A stretch of 63,465 nucleotides of DNA, filler included, from Folioceros fuciformis (GCA_049999805.1; 16 parts of 16 records of this genome joined end to end with filler, not necessarily neighbours in it); one strand, 5' to 3'; counted from the whole stretch's first letter, positions 12,209 through 23,792 are shown. Numbers and translations are program-made. The notes: generated by a model from the letters alone, not told the origin.

Positions 12209-12745
12209 TGAAATTTCTCGAGTTAAGCAACAATTATTTCTACGGGAAGCTCCCCNNNNNNNNNNNNNNNNNNNNNNNNNNNNNNNNNNNNNNNNNNNNN
12301 NNNNNNNNNNNNNNNNNNNNNNNNNNNNNNNNNNNNNNNNNNNNNNNNNNNNNNNTGAAATTTCTCGAGTTAAGCAACAATTATTTCTACGGGAAGCTCC
12401 CCTCGAGATGGGGAGAATTACCACTCACCGACTTGAATCTGGGCTATAATAACCTGTCGGGACCCATCCCCGATATGAATGTGAACATGACTCGACTCTA
12501 CTTGAACAACAACGGCTTTGAAGGCCCCCTTCCGGCTTCAATGGGCAGCCTCTCCGGCCTTCAAGTAGCCAATCTCGCGGACACCAATGTTGAGGGATCA
12601 ATTCCTGAATGGTTTACCAAGTTGTCACAGCTCACAGTATTCATTCTCGGGGGCACCAATGTAGAGGGATCCATTCCTGAAGGGTTTACCAATTTGTCAC
12701 AGCTCACAGTATTCAATCTCGGGCACACCAATGTAGAGGGCTCCG
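12209..12745 (+). pseudogene. Fragment of an extracellular plant LRR receptor-like gene (about 5 LRRs)
   Basis: Plant LRR consensus LxLxxNxLSGxIP (LNLGYNNLSGPIP, LYLNNNGFEGPLP, LADTNVEGSIP). No start; bounded by a LINE and a repeat. 12209-12255 is duplicated across a 100-N gap. Confidence 0.85.
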
Positions 12746-13787
12746 GGTATCAGGCTGTGCTTAAACCTAGTACCTAGTTTTCTCCAACACGTTTCAGATT
12801 CCTGGAGAAGCCCGCCATTGACATACTGGCAGCTCTTCACACACAGTCGGGTGGAGGAGGTGAAGGTCAGACTGCACGCCGAGGTTTCGAAGGATATGCA
12901 TTGAGCTTGTGATGGGGACATTTGCCATGGTGGCAGGATAGAAGACAGCAGGCTCTTGTTTAAGTTTTTCTTGCACCTCCGATCTCTTGGTTTCGCATCA
13001 CTATGTCCAAGGATCAGTACCCAACATCAGTTGCAAAGACTGCATCGCTTTATGGGTTGGGTGAAAGTACTCGTCATGATGGCCTTCGACTAACCTCATG
13101 GCAGAACCTGCCTTGTGGGCTGTGAAAGGGATCTTTCTACACAACCTGCGCGTGGCCATCTCCAGCCTTGGTGAAAGCTGGGAGGTCAGTGGAAATATGC
13201 CATCCCATTCCCGTCTTCAAGATATGGACGGGAATGGCTTGCTACGGTTTCTACGACCCCATGCACTCAAGTCCCTCGAGAAGCTATTCACTTGTAAGAC
13301 GTACGTGGCCCAAGCAGGGATTCGCTCCAGAGGCCCTCCAGGCGTTTGAAGAAACAGCCGTAGTTTACTCTTATGAGCGACAGTAGGTATATACTTCTTC
13401 TCCCATGCTTTACGGCCACTTCGTAGGTATTTACAATAATCTGGAGGAGGAGTTTTTCGCTCCGCTCGGGCCCGGTCAACAGGGTCATCTACACAGGTCG
13501 GTTCAACATTTCTCCCATCATCTAGTACATCAATCGGAGGCAACTGTCCCTCAATGACAGGCTGGCTTGCTCTCCATGCTTCATATCTTGCTCGAGCACT
13601 GGGGATGTAGTCAGGAAAGTCGTCAGAACCATCCTCCTCCTCTGTGTCTGTGGACTCTTCCCGATAAATGGGATTGGGATTGTCTCCAAAAATCTTCCTA
13701 TGTAGTTCCAGCCACTTAACCATGGGATCACCCATATACTCATCTTCACCAGGCTCCCAATATTGCTTGTCAGCCTCGTCAAAAATT
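12744..13787 (-). repeat. Copy 1 of a ~1.05-1.2 kb interspersed repeat carrying an unknown acidic ORF
   Basis: Near-identical to 55201-56235 and, reverse-complemented, to 56533-57566. Confidence 0.9.
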
Positions 13788-14329
13788 CTTGCAGAAGGGA
13801 TGGAACCGTTGAAATTGTTGCTCGACAAATTAAGAGTGACCAAGTGCTGTAGGCCTCCAATTGCAGGAGGGATGGGGCCGCTGAGCTCTTGCCCTGGCAA
13901 AGTCAAAGCAACCACTGTCAAAGGACTGTTCGTCAAATCGCACTTGACACCGAACCAGAAGCAAGCAGCCCCAGTGTTGTTCTCACTCCAGAGCGCAAGG
14001 ACATGGTAAGGATCGCTCGTGATGCCTCGCTTGAAATCCAGAAGAATGGACACCTCTGTTGCGTTCAAACTAATGGACTGGTTGCCAGAGATATCTTGCA
14101 GCTGCCTTTCCCAGGTGGCGCGGTAAACAGTGCAACAGGACGTATGAACGTTGGCAAGTCTATTTGTGTGGTTGTGCGTGCCATTCCGACTATTCCGCTT
14201 GAACTGACGTGATGACGCGAACGATGAAGCATAGACTCCGGATCCTGCAGCACGGACACCGAGATGCAGACTGAAGAGCCCCACAACGAGAAGCAGGTGC
14301 ATCAGCTCCATGACCGGGACGTCTGACAT
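13217..14329 (-). CDS. Chimeric 370-aa ORF: signal peptide + LRRNT + 2 LRRs fused in frame to repeat-derived sequence
   Basis: Hydrophobic N-terminus, EVSILLDFKRGITSDP..LALW..C.WFGVKC (LRRNT), LPGQELSGPIPP, LNLSSNNFNGSIPS; from 13787 onward the sequence matches the repeat. Confidence 0.7.
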   Translation of the reverse strand: MSDVPVMELMHLLLVVGLFSLHLGVRAAGSGVYASSFASSRQFKRNSRNGTHNHTNRLANVHTSCCTVYRATWERQLQDISGNQSISLNATEVSILLDFKRGITSDPYHVLALWSENNTGAACFWFGVKCDLTNSPLTVVALTLPGQELSGPIPPAIGGLQHLVTLNLSSNNFNGSIPSARIFDEADKQYWEPGEDEYMGDPMVKWLELHRKIFGDNPNPIYREESTDTEEEDGSDDFPDYIPSARARYEAWRASQPVIEGQLPPIDVLDDGRNVEPTCVDDPVDRARAERKTPPPDYCKYLRSGRKAWEKKYIPTVAHKSKLRLFLQTPGGPLERIPAWATYVLQVNSFSRDLSAWGRRNRSKPFPSIS

Positions 14330-14610
14330 GCGCCCCGCTCAACGAGAGGCACAGACAGTTCCTCCACTACCGGGGATGCCTCACAAGAGCCCCACACCAA
14401 GAAGCAGAGGCAGGACGTCCAAGACCAGGGACCTCTTACAACAGCGCCCACAACGGCGTAGAGAAGTGGAGGCAGCTTGTCCATGACTGGAGATGTCTCA
14501 CAAGAGCCCCACAACCTGAAGCACGTTTTGCGGCCGAAATCCAATCCCTGCAGACATGACACGAGACTCCCACAAGGACGAGCCCCACAATGAAGCAGAG
14601 GGAAGGAAAG
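14270..14610. repeat. Degenerate ~57-bp tandem repeat overlapping the LRR signal-peptide region
   Basis: Recurrent AAGAGCCCCACAAC..GAAGCA core at about 14277, 14333, 14388, 14445, 14505, 14565-14581. Confidence 0.6.
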
Positions 14611-15901
14611 GTACCATCTCTGGCAGAAATCCTATCCCTGCAGCCTATGGGTGACAGCGATACCTTTTGAAGGTCAGAGGAGGAAGGATCCATGACTCTT
14701 CACATGTGCTGGTGTCTCCACGCGGAAATCACAAGTGAACGAAGGTGTACACAATGTTCAATCCCGAAAGCTACGCAATGCCAATGGCATAAAACGAGGT
14801 AACAGTCCCATACCATAAAGGCATCCATCCATAAGCAAACTTTGTCAAGTTACATATAACTTTCAGCTGCAGATAATCACATATATGTGAATAAGACCTT
14901 ACACACTTTTGGGGCCGGAGTGGTTTTGGTTTGATTTGGTTCCGGTCTGGTACTTGGCCTTTTAACTTGTTGATTTAAGAACATTTATATGTTTTTTATT
15001 TAATTAATTTAATATTTATTTATTTTATAACATTATGACTAATATGAACTGTCTACCATGAGTTATAATATATAATGGTATACAATATTATCTTCTAGAT
15101 CTTAAGAGCTCTTAATTATTTAAATCTAGAAGTAAGAGTTGGTTTACACCATGACATTTGAATAAGTTTGGACAACACTCGATCTTGTGTGTGCCAAGCT
15201 CTTACAATGTAGCCCAGCCCGTTCTACCAAGTAATGCAAAGTCATTTTTGTCTTAGTGCTTTCATCTATTTTCCATAAGTCTTTTCTATTCTTCTTTGAT
15301 TGGTGTATGAGTGCTGCATACTATAGTGGTCTTGTACTTTCCAAGAGGCATTAGACTCTTTGAGGGTTAACCATTTTATGGTTTGAAGATCTATTGAGGT
15401 CATTCCGCTGAGGTTTAAAATGTTTGAGCTTTAATCATTCCATGGTTCCAAGACCTATTGAGGTGATTCCATTTTGTTTTAAACTCTAATTTCATCAGTC
15501 CAGTTCTCTAGTTCTTCTTTCCATACACAATAAAGACTTCATTTTTGTTTTCCCTTTTGTATGTGAAGGCATGGCTGATTATCAAAAGCATGACAATAAA
15601 CAATTATTCCTTAACAACCGTGTAATAGGGTAGATTCAAGGAGGTTTGGGCAAAGCTACTCCTGAAGTTGGATCGCAATGCATAGATTTCAGGAGGTCTA
15701 GAATGAGGTGGTAGGAGGATTGTTCCATAGTCTGATTGTAGGAACAATAAGACCATAACAATCATATATGTATATATGATTCTTCTACATTGAACATATA
15801 GNNNNNNNNNNNNNNNNNNNNNNNNNNNNNNNNNNNNNNNNNNNNTTAATTAATTAANNNNNNNNNNNNNNNNNNNNNNNNNNNNNNNNNNNNNNNNNNN
15901 N

Positions 15902-17753
15902 AACAAAGCCACCAAGAAGGATCATTTCCCCTTGCCATTCATTGACAACATTCTGGATTTGGTGGCTGGCCGCATGATTTACTCCTTTTTGGATGGCTAT
16001 TCTGGTTACAATCAGCTGTCCCTCAGGGAGAGTGACTGGCCATTGACAGCCTTCACAACTGATTGGGAGACATTCGCCTACAAGAGGAGTGCTTTTGGGC
16101 TGACAGGAGCACCGGGGTCCTTTATGCGCAGCATGTACAAGATCTTCAAGGATTTCCTCCACAAGTTCCTAGAGGTGTTCATAGATGATTTTTGTGTGTC
16201 TGGAGGGGTGGAGCAGCATCTGGAGCACCTAAGGCTGTGCTTGGCCAGATGTTTTGAGACGCAACTTTGTTTGCATTCAGAGAAATGCTATTTTGGCATG
16301 GCTGAAGGGATCTTGCTAGGTCACAGAATTTCAGCAAGGGGCATTGAAGTGGACCCGGACAAGGTGAAGGTGATTGCTGCCTTGAGGGCCCCAGCCACAC
16401 TGAAGGAGCTGCGTGGATTCCTTGGGATAATGGGATACTACCGCCGATTCTTGCCAAATTTTGCTAGACGGGCTGCCCCTTTGACGGGCCTATTGAGGNN
16501 NNNNNNNNNNNNNNNNNNNNNNNNNNNNNNNNNNNNNNNNNNNNNNNNNNNNNNNNNNNNNNNNNNNNNNNNNNNNNNNNNNNNNNNNNNNNNNNNNNAG
16601 AGAAATGCTATTTTGGCATGGCTGAAGGGATCTTGCTAGGTCACAGAATTTCAGCAAGGGGCATTGAAGTGGACCCGGACAAGGTGAAGGTGATTGCTGC
16701 CTTGAGGGCCCCAGCCACACTGAAGGAGCTGCGTGGTTTCCTTGGGATGGTGGAATACTACCGCCGATTCGTGCCAAATTTTGCTAGACGGGCTGCCCCT
16801 TTGACGAGCCTATTGAGGAAGGAGCAATCTTGGGAGTGGACAGCGGCGAGGGAGGCTGCGTTTCAGGACTTGAGGACCACTCTTGTGACAGCACCAACAC
16901 TCAAGGGGCCTGATTGGGACAAGAAATTCCATGTGTACGTGGATGTTTCAGCCTTTGCCATTGGGACAGTCCTTAGCCAACGGGATGAGAAGGGGAGGGA
17001 CTACCCAATCTACTATGCTGGACGTCAACTTACGGAGGCTGAACGCAAGTACACCACAACCGAGAGGGAGGCACTTGGCATGGTCTACTCTTGTCGTAAA
17101 TTCCGCCACTACCTCCTCTCCTATGAGTTTGTCTTCCATGTTGATCATTTTGCTCTCAAGCACCTGGTCAACAAGGCAGACCTATCGGGCCGCATAGCTC
17201 GCTGGATCTTGCTCTTGCAGGAGTTCACATTCACTGTGGAAACAAGGGAAGGGCGTAGGCATGTGAATGCTGATTTTCTATCTAGGCTGAAAACGGGAAA
17301 TGTGGTTCAGGACCAAGAAGATGATTTTCCGGATGAGGCATTTTCAGCAAATCTAGTGGAGAAGGAGAGGGCCAAACCAAATGTTAGGTTGCCAAGAGGT
17401 GAAGGTATAGCACCAAATGAGAAGGGGAGAAGAGGGTCCCGTAAGCCTTCCTACCAAGAGGTGTTTGATTTTTTAGGTACGGGGGAATTTCCAGTTCATC
17501 TCACACGGCAGCAGCAACGGCTGTTCTTGTACTTCACAAGGCTGGTGGTTAAGTACAAGGGCAAGTTGTATCGCACAGGAGCTGATGGCGTGGAGAGGTT
17601 GTGGGTCAAACCTGGCCAAGTGGAGCAAGTTATCAGCTCCCTACATGAGGGAGAGGCTGGAGGCCATTATGCAGCCCATGTGACCTGTAGAAAAATTCTG
17701 GCAGCGGGGTATTGGTGGCCAACAATGCATGCTGATGCTGGAGAATTCATCAA
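15902..17753 (+). mobile_element. Ty3/gypsy pol fragment (RT, RNase H, integrase zinc finger); Athila/Tat-like, no chromodomain visible
   Basis: KDHFPLPFID, FLDGYSGYNQ, FIDD, LRGFLG..YYRRF, VDVSAFAIG, YTTTEREALG, H.GEAGGH..YWWPTM. Two slightly different copies overlap across the 16499-16598 gap. Confidence 0.93.
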
Positions 17754-18443
17754 NNNNNNNNNNNNNNNNNNNNNNNNNNNNNNNNNNNNNNNNNNNNTTA
17801 ATTAATTAANNNNNNNNNNNNNNNNNNNNNNNNNNNNNNNNNNNNNNNNNNNNCGTTTTGTGTGTCACCTGACATGTGACGGTTACAACCGTATTTAGGT
17901 GACCGTCTAGTTCGCTAATTAACCTAAGGACTGGACAAAATTAATATATATATAGTTTCACCATTCCATCCAAACATCAGGATCTATAGCATAGGCACGG
18001 AAGTCCCATAGATCCTTGGGTGACACCTGTCTTGCAAGGCACAAAAATTCCATCTTTTCCTACTTGGAGGCCTTGTTTGGCACTAGTGGGGTGGGAGTGG
18101 AATCCACCTGTACCTCTGTCTCACCCATGCTCTTCCTTGTCTTCATGTTTCACCGGTTGGACCCCAAGTCCTATCACTGCCAACAACACTTCCGTCCGGT
18201 AAAGAGAAAACCCCCTCAGCATTGGTGACTCCTGTAACCGAGCTCCTACCTGTGACTCATAGCACTACTTGCAGCCCCTCCATTAGCTCATAGACCACCC
18301 TTCATCAGCTCACTGGCCACCGATCGTCACCACTCCTACAATTNNNNNNNNNNNNNNNNNNNNNNNNNNNNNNNNNNNNNNNNNNNNNNNNNNNNNNNNN
18401 NNNNNNNNNNNNNNNNNNNNNNNNNNNNNNNNNNNNNNNNNNN

Positions 18444-20210
18444 ATAGTTTCACTCCCACTCAGGAGTTAGGTTATTTATAGTCGCATAGTTTTAGCAACC
18501 ATTTAATTCTAATTCTATTGACTGCCCTAAGAAACTTCAACTAAAATTGAAACTTCAAAAGAAACTTTGCCGCCGAAGAAGAGCTATCCAAAAAAATGTT
18601 TGGACTTCACCTTCTTCGTGGCCGGTCCGCTGCCGTGAGAGCCTGATCCGCGCGAGATCGCCAGCTGCTAGTGATGCGCGCACATTTGCGCCGCCGACAC
18701 CCTCTGTTGGGGATGCTTGTTACTTGCAGCTGCTGGATTGCAGCTCGCCGCCACTGCGGCTCTCAGCTGCTAGCTGCCCTGACACTGGATGCGCGCTGCT
18801 GTTGCGCACTCAGATCTCTTCTGCATCTTCGAAATGAGCCTGATGGCTCCTTCTGGATTCAGCTGGATCGGGCAGCCAGATTGGCCTGCCTGACCCGGAG
18901 CGCAGTCCCATTCCATGAGCGTGCTGGCTGTGCTTCGTCTTGCCTAGCGCCTTGGTCAGGACATCTGCTGTCATGAGCCCTGTGGGGCAGTACACTACTT
19001 AGATGAGTCCACTTGCAACCTGCTCCCTGATGAAGTGATGCTGCACGCCGAGATGCTTCGTGCGTGCATGGAATCTAGGATTTTCTGATAATGCTATGGC
19101 GCTTTGATTGTCACACATCAATCTTAGCGGCAGTGGTTGAAGGGAACCAAGATCTGTAAGTGCTCCCACTGCCCAAATGGCCTCTTTACATGCTTCAATT
19201 AGAGATTTGTATTCTGACTCTGTTGATGACAATGCAACAGTTGATTGTCGCTTGCTGCTCCAGGAGATTGCACTCCCTGCCAAAGTGAATACATAGCTTG
19301 AGATGCTGCGGCATGAATCCTGGTCTCCTGCCCAGTCGGCATCGCTGAATGCTTTGAGAGTAAGTGGATCATCTGCATCTCCACTGTAGAGGAGGCCCCA
19401 GTCTTCTGTAGCTTTTATATACCTGAACAGCCTCCTCATTGCTAACCAGTGAGCCATGGCAGGGTTTGACAAAAACTGGGACAGAATTCCCACAGCATAC
19501 GCAAGATCTGGTCTTGTGCCCAGCATCAAATACATCACGCTTCCACTCAGAGAGGCATATGGAAATTCTGCCATCAGTCTTACTTCTTTTGCAGTTAGCT
19601 CTGCCTCTCCTTGTTGTGCACTATATTTTACGTTCTGTTCAAGAGGAGTTGAAACAGGTTTGCAATTTTGCATCTGGAAACGTGCTAGGATCTGCCTGAT
19701 ATATTTAGCCTGGTGCATAAAAATACTCCTTCTTTCTCTGTCTCTTTGAATTTGCATCCCTAGGCAGAATGTTAATGCACCTGAGTCTGTCATCTTGAAT
19801 GCAGACTTGAGCTGCTCCTTCAGCTCTCCAATCATATTCAGGCTATTGGACATAATAAGTATGTCATCAACATATATTGCGAGTGCCAAGAAATTCTTGC
19901 CCTCGCCCTTCTTTACATAAACGTTACCGTCTGCATGAATAGGCAGGTAGTTATGAGAAACTAGGAAGCTATGTATACGTGCAAACCATGCACGAGGACT
20001 TTGCTTAAGTCCATATAAGGTCCTTTTGAGCTTGCATACAGTCTGCTGTTTAGTGTCAGAAGGTAATAATCCAGCAGGTGGCTCCATATAGATCTCTTCA
20101 TTCAGATGTCCGTACAGAAACGCTGTGGTAACATCGAGCTGTTCAAGCTCATAATTGTGGACAGCTGACAGGGCCATAAATAATCTGAGAGTGCTCATCT
20201 TTACTACAGG
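18444..20210 (-). mobile_element. Ty1/copia 3' part: RT-RNase H, 3' UTR, PPT and start of the 3' LTR
   Basis: QLDVTTAFLYG, LYGLKQSPRAW, YVDD, DADWAG, STESEY, ARTKH. PPT TGAGTGGGAG (18462-18453) is followed by TGAAACTAT; the same LTR start is seen at 17960. Confidence 0.92.
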
Positions 20211-20310
20211 NNNNNNNNNNNNNNNNNNNNNNNNNNNNNNNNNNNNNNNNNNNNTTAATTAATTAANNNNNNNNNNNNNNNNNNNNNNNNNNNNNNNNNN
20301 NNNNNNNNNN

Positions 20311-21804
20311 TGCAATGGCCATAACTGTCCGGAAGGTTTGAAATTTAGCTACTGGGGCGAACGTTTCTGTGTAATCAACTCCCTCTTTTTGGGAGAATGG
20401 GTTTAGGGTTTAGGGTTTAAACCCTGTCCCGATATAAAGCTCGCCTCGAGCCACGAGGCGAGCTTTATATCGGGACAGATTACCATGCTCGTCCAGCTTG
20501 GTCTTGAAGACCCACTTGGACCCGACTACCTTTCTGCCCTTTGGTAAGTCACACAAGGTCCAAGTCTTGTTGTCTTCAAGACTCTTCAATTCATCCAGAA
20601 CTGCTGCTCTCCATTCCTTGCCGTTTGGCCCATTAAATGCTTGCTCCAGGGTTAAAGGATCTGACAGATGTACAATGGCAAAGTGCAAGACTTGAGCAAT
20701 CAGTGACACGTGATCACTAACTGCAGAGTCCGCTTCAGCGAGAGGTGGATCAGCTTCCTCCCTGTCACGGATAGCTCGAGCACTACGCGACCCTCGACGA
20801 AAGTCCGGGGCACTGTACAGCACAGGTGGTATAGACGTTCGCGAGCTGCGACGAAGCACTGGGACAGTTGCTATTGGAACAGGTGATGGTGGAACAGGTG
20901 ATGTAGTAACTGGTGCATCTTCCTGCTCACTGTCAGAATGGGAGAAGTCATCATTCACACCGTCATCCTCCGGTGGTGCAGCAGTACCTCCCACATCTTC
21001 TCCGGTCGAAGAGGATCCCAAAGAAGGAAGAGGAACCTCACTGGCATCCAATTGATCAAAGTGGACCACATTGTCCTCCCACCACGCATCTGATGCTGGG
21101 AGATCAACATCGGCTGCATCATGAACTCCCACAGGTTCCTTTATTGAGGCAGTCCTAGCGGCTAAATTAGTAAGCAGCTTTGCCTCGTCAAAAATTACAC
21201 TCTGAGCATAAACAACTTCTTGAGTCTCAGGATTGTATAGCTTGTATGCTTTATACCCGTCAGTGTAGCCAACAAATATCATCTTTTGTGAAGAGTACTA
21301 AAATTTGCGACGTTTCTTCTGATTCAGGTAGGCATAAGCTATGCACCCAAAGGTACAAAGGTGTGCTACCGTTGGCTTCTTGCCTGTAAAGGCTTCAAAT
21401 GGGGTCATGCCGTTGACTGCTGATGTAGGCAACCGATTATGCAGATAGGTGGCACACATAATTGCCTCTGCCCAGAACTGAATAGGTAAGCATACTCTTT
21501 GCAGTGTCCTGTTTGGCTCAGTGACTCCTTTCCACTACCCCATTTTGTTGAGAAGTATACACCACTGTGAACTGCTGTTGGATTCCTGCTTCGACACACC
21601 GACCTGTGAAGCGAATTGATGTGAACTCTCCCCCATTGTCTGTGCGAAGCTTCTTCAGCTTCTTCCCGGTCTGCCGTTCCACAAGAGCTAGATATTCAAG
21701 GAACACACTGTAGGCCTCGGACTTCTTCCAAAGAATGTAGGTATGTGTAAACCTTGAGTAGTCATCGATAAAAGAGATAAAGTACTCAGCTCCACTGATT
21801 GACT
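20311..21804 (-). mobile_element. Ty1/copia integrase to RT N-terminus (a different element from 18444-20210)
   Basis: [62 protein letters not shown]. The RT segment shared with the neighbouring contig differs (PVAKFQTF vs PVVKMSTL). Confidence 0.9.
20399..20478. repeat. Interstitial telomeric repeats (GGGTTTA)x3-AACCCT plus a perfect 25-bp inverted repeat
   Basis: Arms 20424-20448 and 20454-20478 with loop AGCCA; a 45-bp insertion (20399-20443) interrupts the RT motif ARG|FSQ. Confidence 0.93.
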
Positions 21805-21904
21805 NNNNNNNNNNNNNNNNNNNNNNNNNNNNNNNNNNNNNNNNNNNNTTAATTAATTAANNNNNNNNNNNNNNNNNNNNNNNNNNNNNNNNNNNNNNNN
21901 NNNN

Positions 21905-23540
21905 CTCCCAAACGTCTCTGGCATCCAAGAAGGCTTTCATCCGGGCACACAAGCTCTCATAATGGGAAGCCTTGCCATCAAAACGATCCTTCTCCTTAAA
22001 TTCACTTGAATAAGCAGCTCCAAAAGAAGCACCAGTAGCAGTAGCCATGATTTGAGAAGAAGGGACAGTTGGGATTCTAGATTGTAAGGGCTGTGGATGT
22101 GAAGGACTAGCCCCTAACCGTGCCAACTCTTGAAGTGACCAAGTAATTTGAGTATGAAGTCTAAGTTGTTCCTCTACTTCAAAATCAGTGGAAGCATGTG
22201 CATCTACAGGCTCAAGCTCAACTGGTGAGTCCAACTCGCTGCTGGATGATGAGGCCGACATACACAATCTAGCAAAAGACGGGTAGGCTACCTCTAGAGA
22301 AGACTTAAAAAAAAAAACTATTCTAAAGTCCTTTTTCTAAGAAACTCAAATTGAAGTTAATTAAAAAGGAGCTTCTAAAAAAAAGTTTTTTTTTTTTAAG
22401 GAAAAAGGCCCAACGCAACAAACCGCCAACTTAAACACGACGGGGCGAACCGCCAACTTAAAAGGAAGGCCGAAACGCTAAGTTGCCGCAACTCGATGCA
22501 CACCGCGACACGGGGAAAACGGGCACAAACTCTAAGCACATGTGGAAGAAGAATCCTCACGGGCAACCTTCCAGGCACCAATCCAGATCTGTAAACCACA
22601 CGAGAGCAGGGGAGCGCCTAGCAGTGAACAGCAAAAACTAGGCCAGTGCCTGCACCCCTTCAGATCTGAAACTGCTTCAGAGGAGAGGAACATCCCGCCG
22701 CGGGCGAGATGGCTTCAACGATGGCAAATACATGGCCACCAACGGGTCTCTGGTAGAAAGATCAGGCGCCCACCCTAGCCGTGAGGAGTGTGCTGCAAAA
22801 TTTTTATCCACAAGATCTTCAACTGCTGAGAATCGCCTGCACACCTCTGCGTTTAAGTGAAGAAGAGACTCCACAATTCCATTCACCACAGTCTTCAGAT
22901 CTATGAGAGAAGCACGGGATGCATGAATCGCAACAGAAACCTTCCAGCAAAGCTATGAATCATCTAAATTGTGGACACGTGAGTCCGTAGCAAAATTTTT
23001 CCTTGTATCCCTTGTGTAATTCCTACACGAGTTCCGAAGAAAAGGTTGCCTCTGACTCTTGTGCACAATCCTATTATGATCCCTAGAGCAAGGTAGAGTG
23101 TCCCCCAAGAATCCAGGTTTCCTAATAGCCTGCCTAAATTGTGATCTCAGATTAGAAGAAGGCTGGAAGAAAAACTCTGAAGACCGATGGCCTCTACCCT
23201 TTGCCATTATAAATTCTCATGTAGGTGTTTCACGATTCATCCCTAATTAGGACATCTACAATAAAACACCACACTCTTTGATCAAGGACTAAACATAAAG
23301 TCTCACTAGCAACATGCCAGATGAGACTCATGCCAATAGCAATATGATCAAAGCATCTTCACAAAAAAAACAACCATGAGCTCTGACACCATGTTTGTAA
23401 TAGCGGAAGCTTATAGCAAAAGTTGTATATTGAATAATAATAAAACATTTGTGTATGTGTTTATATACTAGGTTAAGTCTAACCCTAAATAAAAATTAGA
23501 CTAACCTACCGAGTTAGGTTAAAACAATTCCACCTTAACA
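21905..23540 (-). mobile_element. Ty1/copia 5' end: LTR 23540-23392, PBS, ~1.1-kb leader with extra ORF, gag N-terminus
   Basis: 149-bp TG..CA LTR, PBS TGGTGTCAGAGC (23391-23380, tRNA-iMet-like), gag SEFKEKDRFDG..RMKAFLDARDVWE. Confidence 0.88.
22677..23207 (-). pseudogene. Extra ORF (ORF0) upstream of Copia gag, 177 codons with one internal TAG
   Basis: ORFs 23207-22953 and 22889-22677 are in one frame; homologous to 42206-41667. Confidence 0.75.
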
Positions 23541-23555
23541 TAACCCTAAACCCAT

Positions 23556-23792
23556 AACCTGTCACCGTCGGCAAGGAAGACTTTCTCTGTTTTCACTGCG
23601 AGCAGATGTCGCCACTCTATGTGACCCTCCACCCGTGCCATTTCCTTCCCAGCCTTTTCAATGCAAAGTCCGCAGCACATCACCACCATCACGTCAGGAT
23701 CACTCTCCAGGAGATACATCGCCAAACAGATTCACGCCTCCAGCACAAGACACAATCTCCGGAACCCAGAACCCTGCTCCCATCAATGGGTC
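23556..23792 (-). pseudogene. C-terminal half of an Fe/B12 (BtuF/FepB-like) periplasmic-binding-protein gene
   Basis: DPLMGAGFWVPEIVSCAGGVNLFG, then after a frameshift DPDVMVVMCCGLCIEKAGKE...WRHLLAVKTEKVFLADGD; matches the W.DPL..AG.WVPE...AGG / DPDV.V.MPCG / AV..G.V...DG family pattern. Confidence 0.78.

Noticed and set aside
11977-12777. 266-aa ORF as a real gene
   Set aside because: N-terminal part is the antisense strand of a LINE and the frame spans a gap with duplicated flanks.
14940-15801. AT-rich block with a faint zinc-knuckle-like remnant
   Set aside because: Too degraded to assign.
18999-23540. One complete minus-strand Copia across three contigs
   Set aside because: The RT segments either side of the 20211-20310 spacer overlap in position but differ in sequence, so at least two elements are involved.
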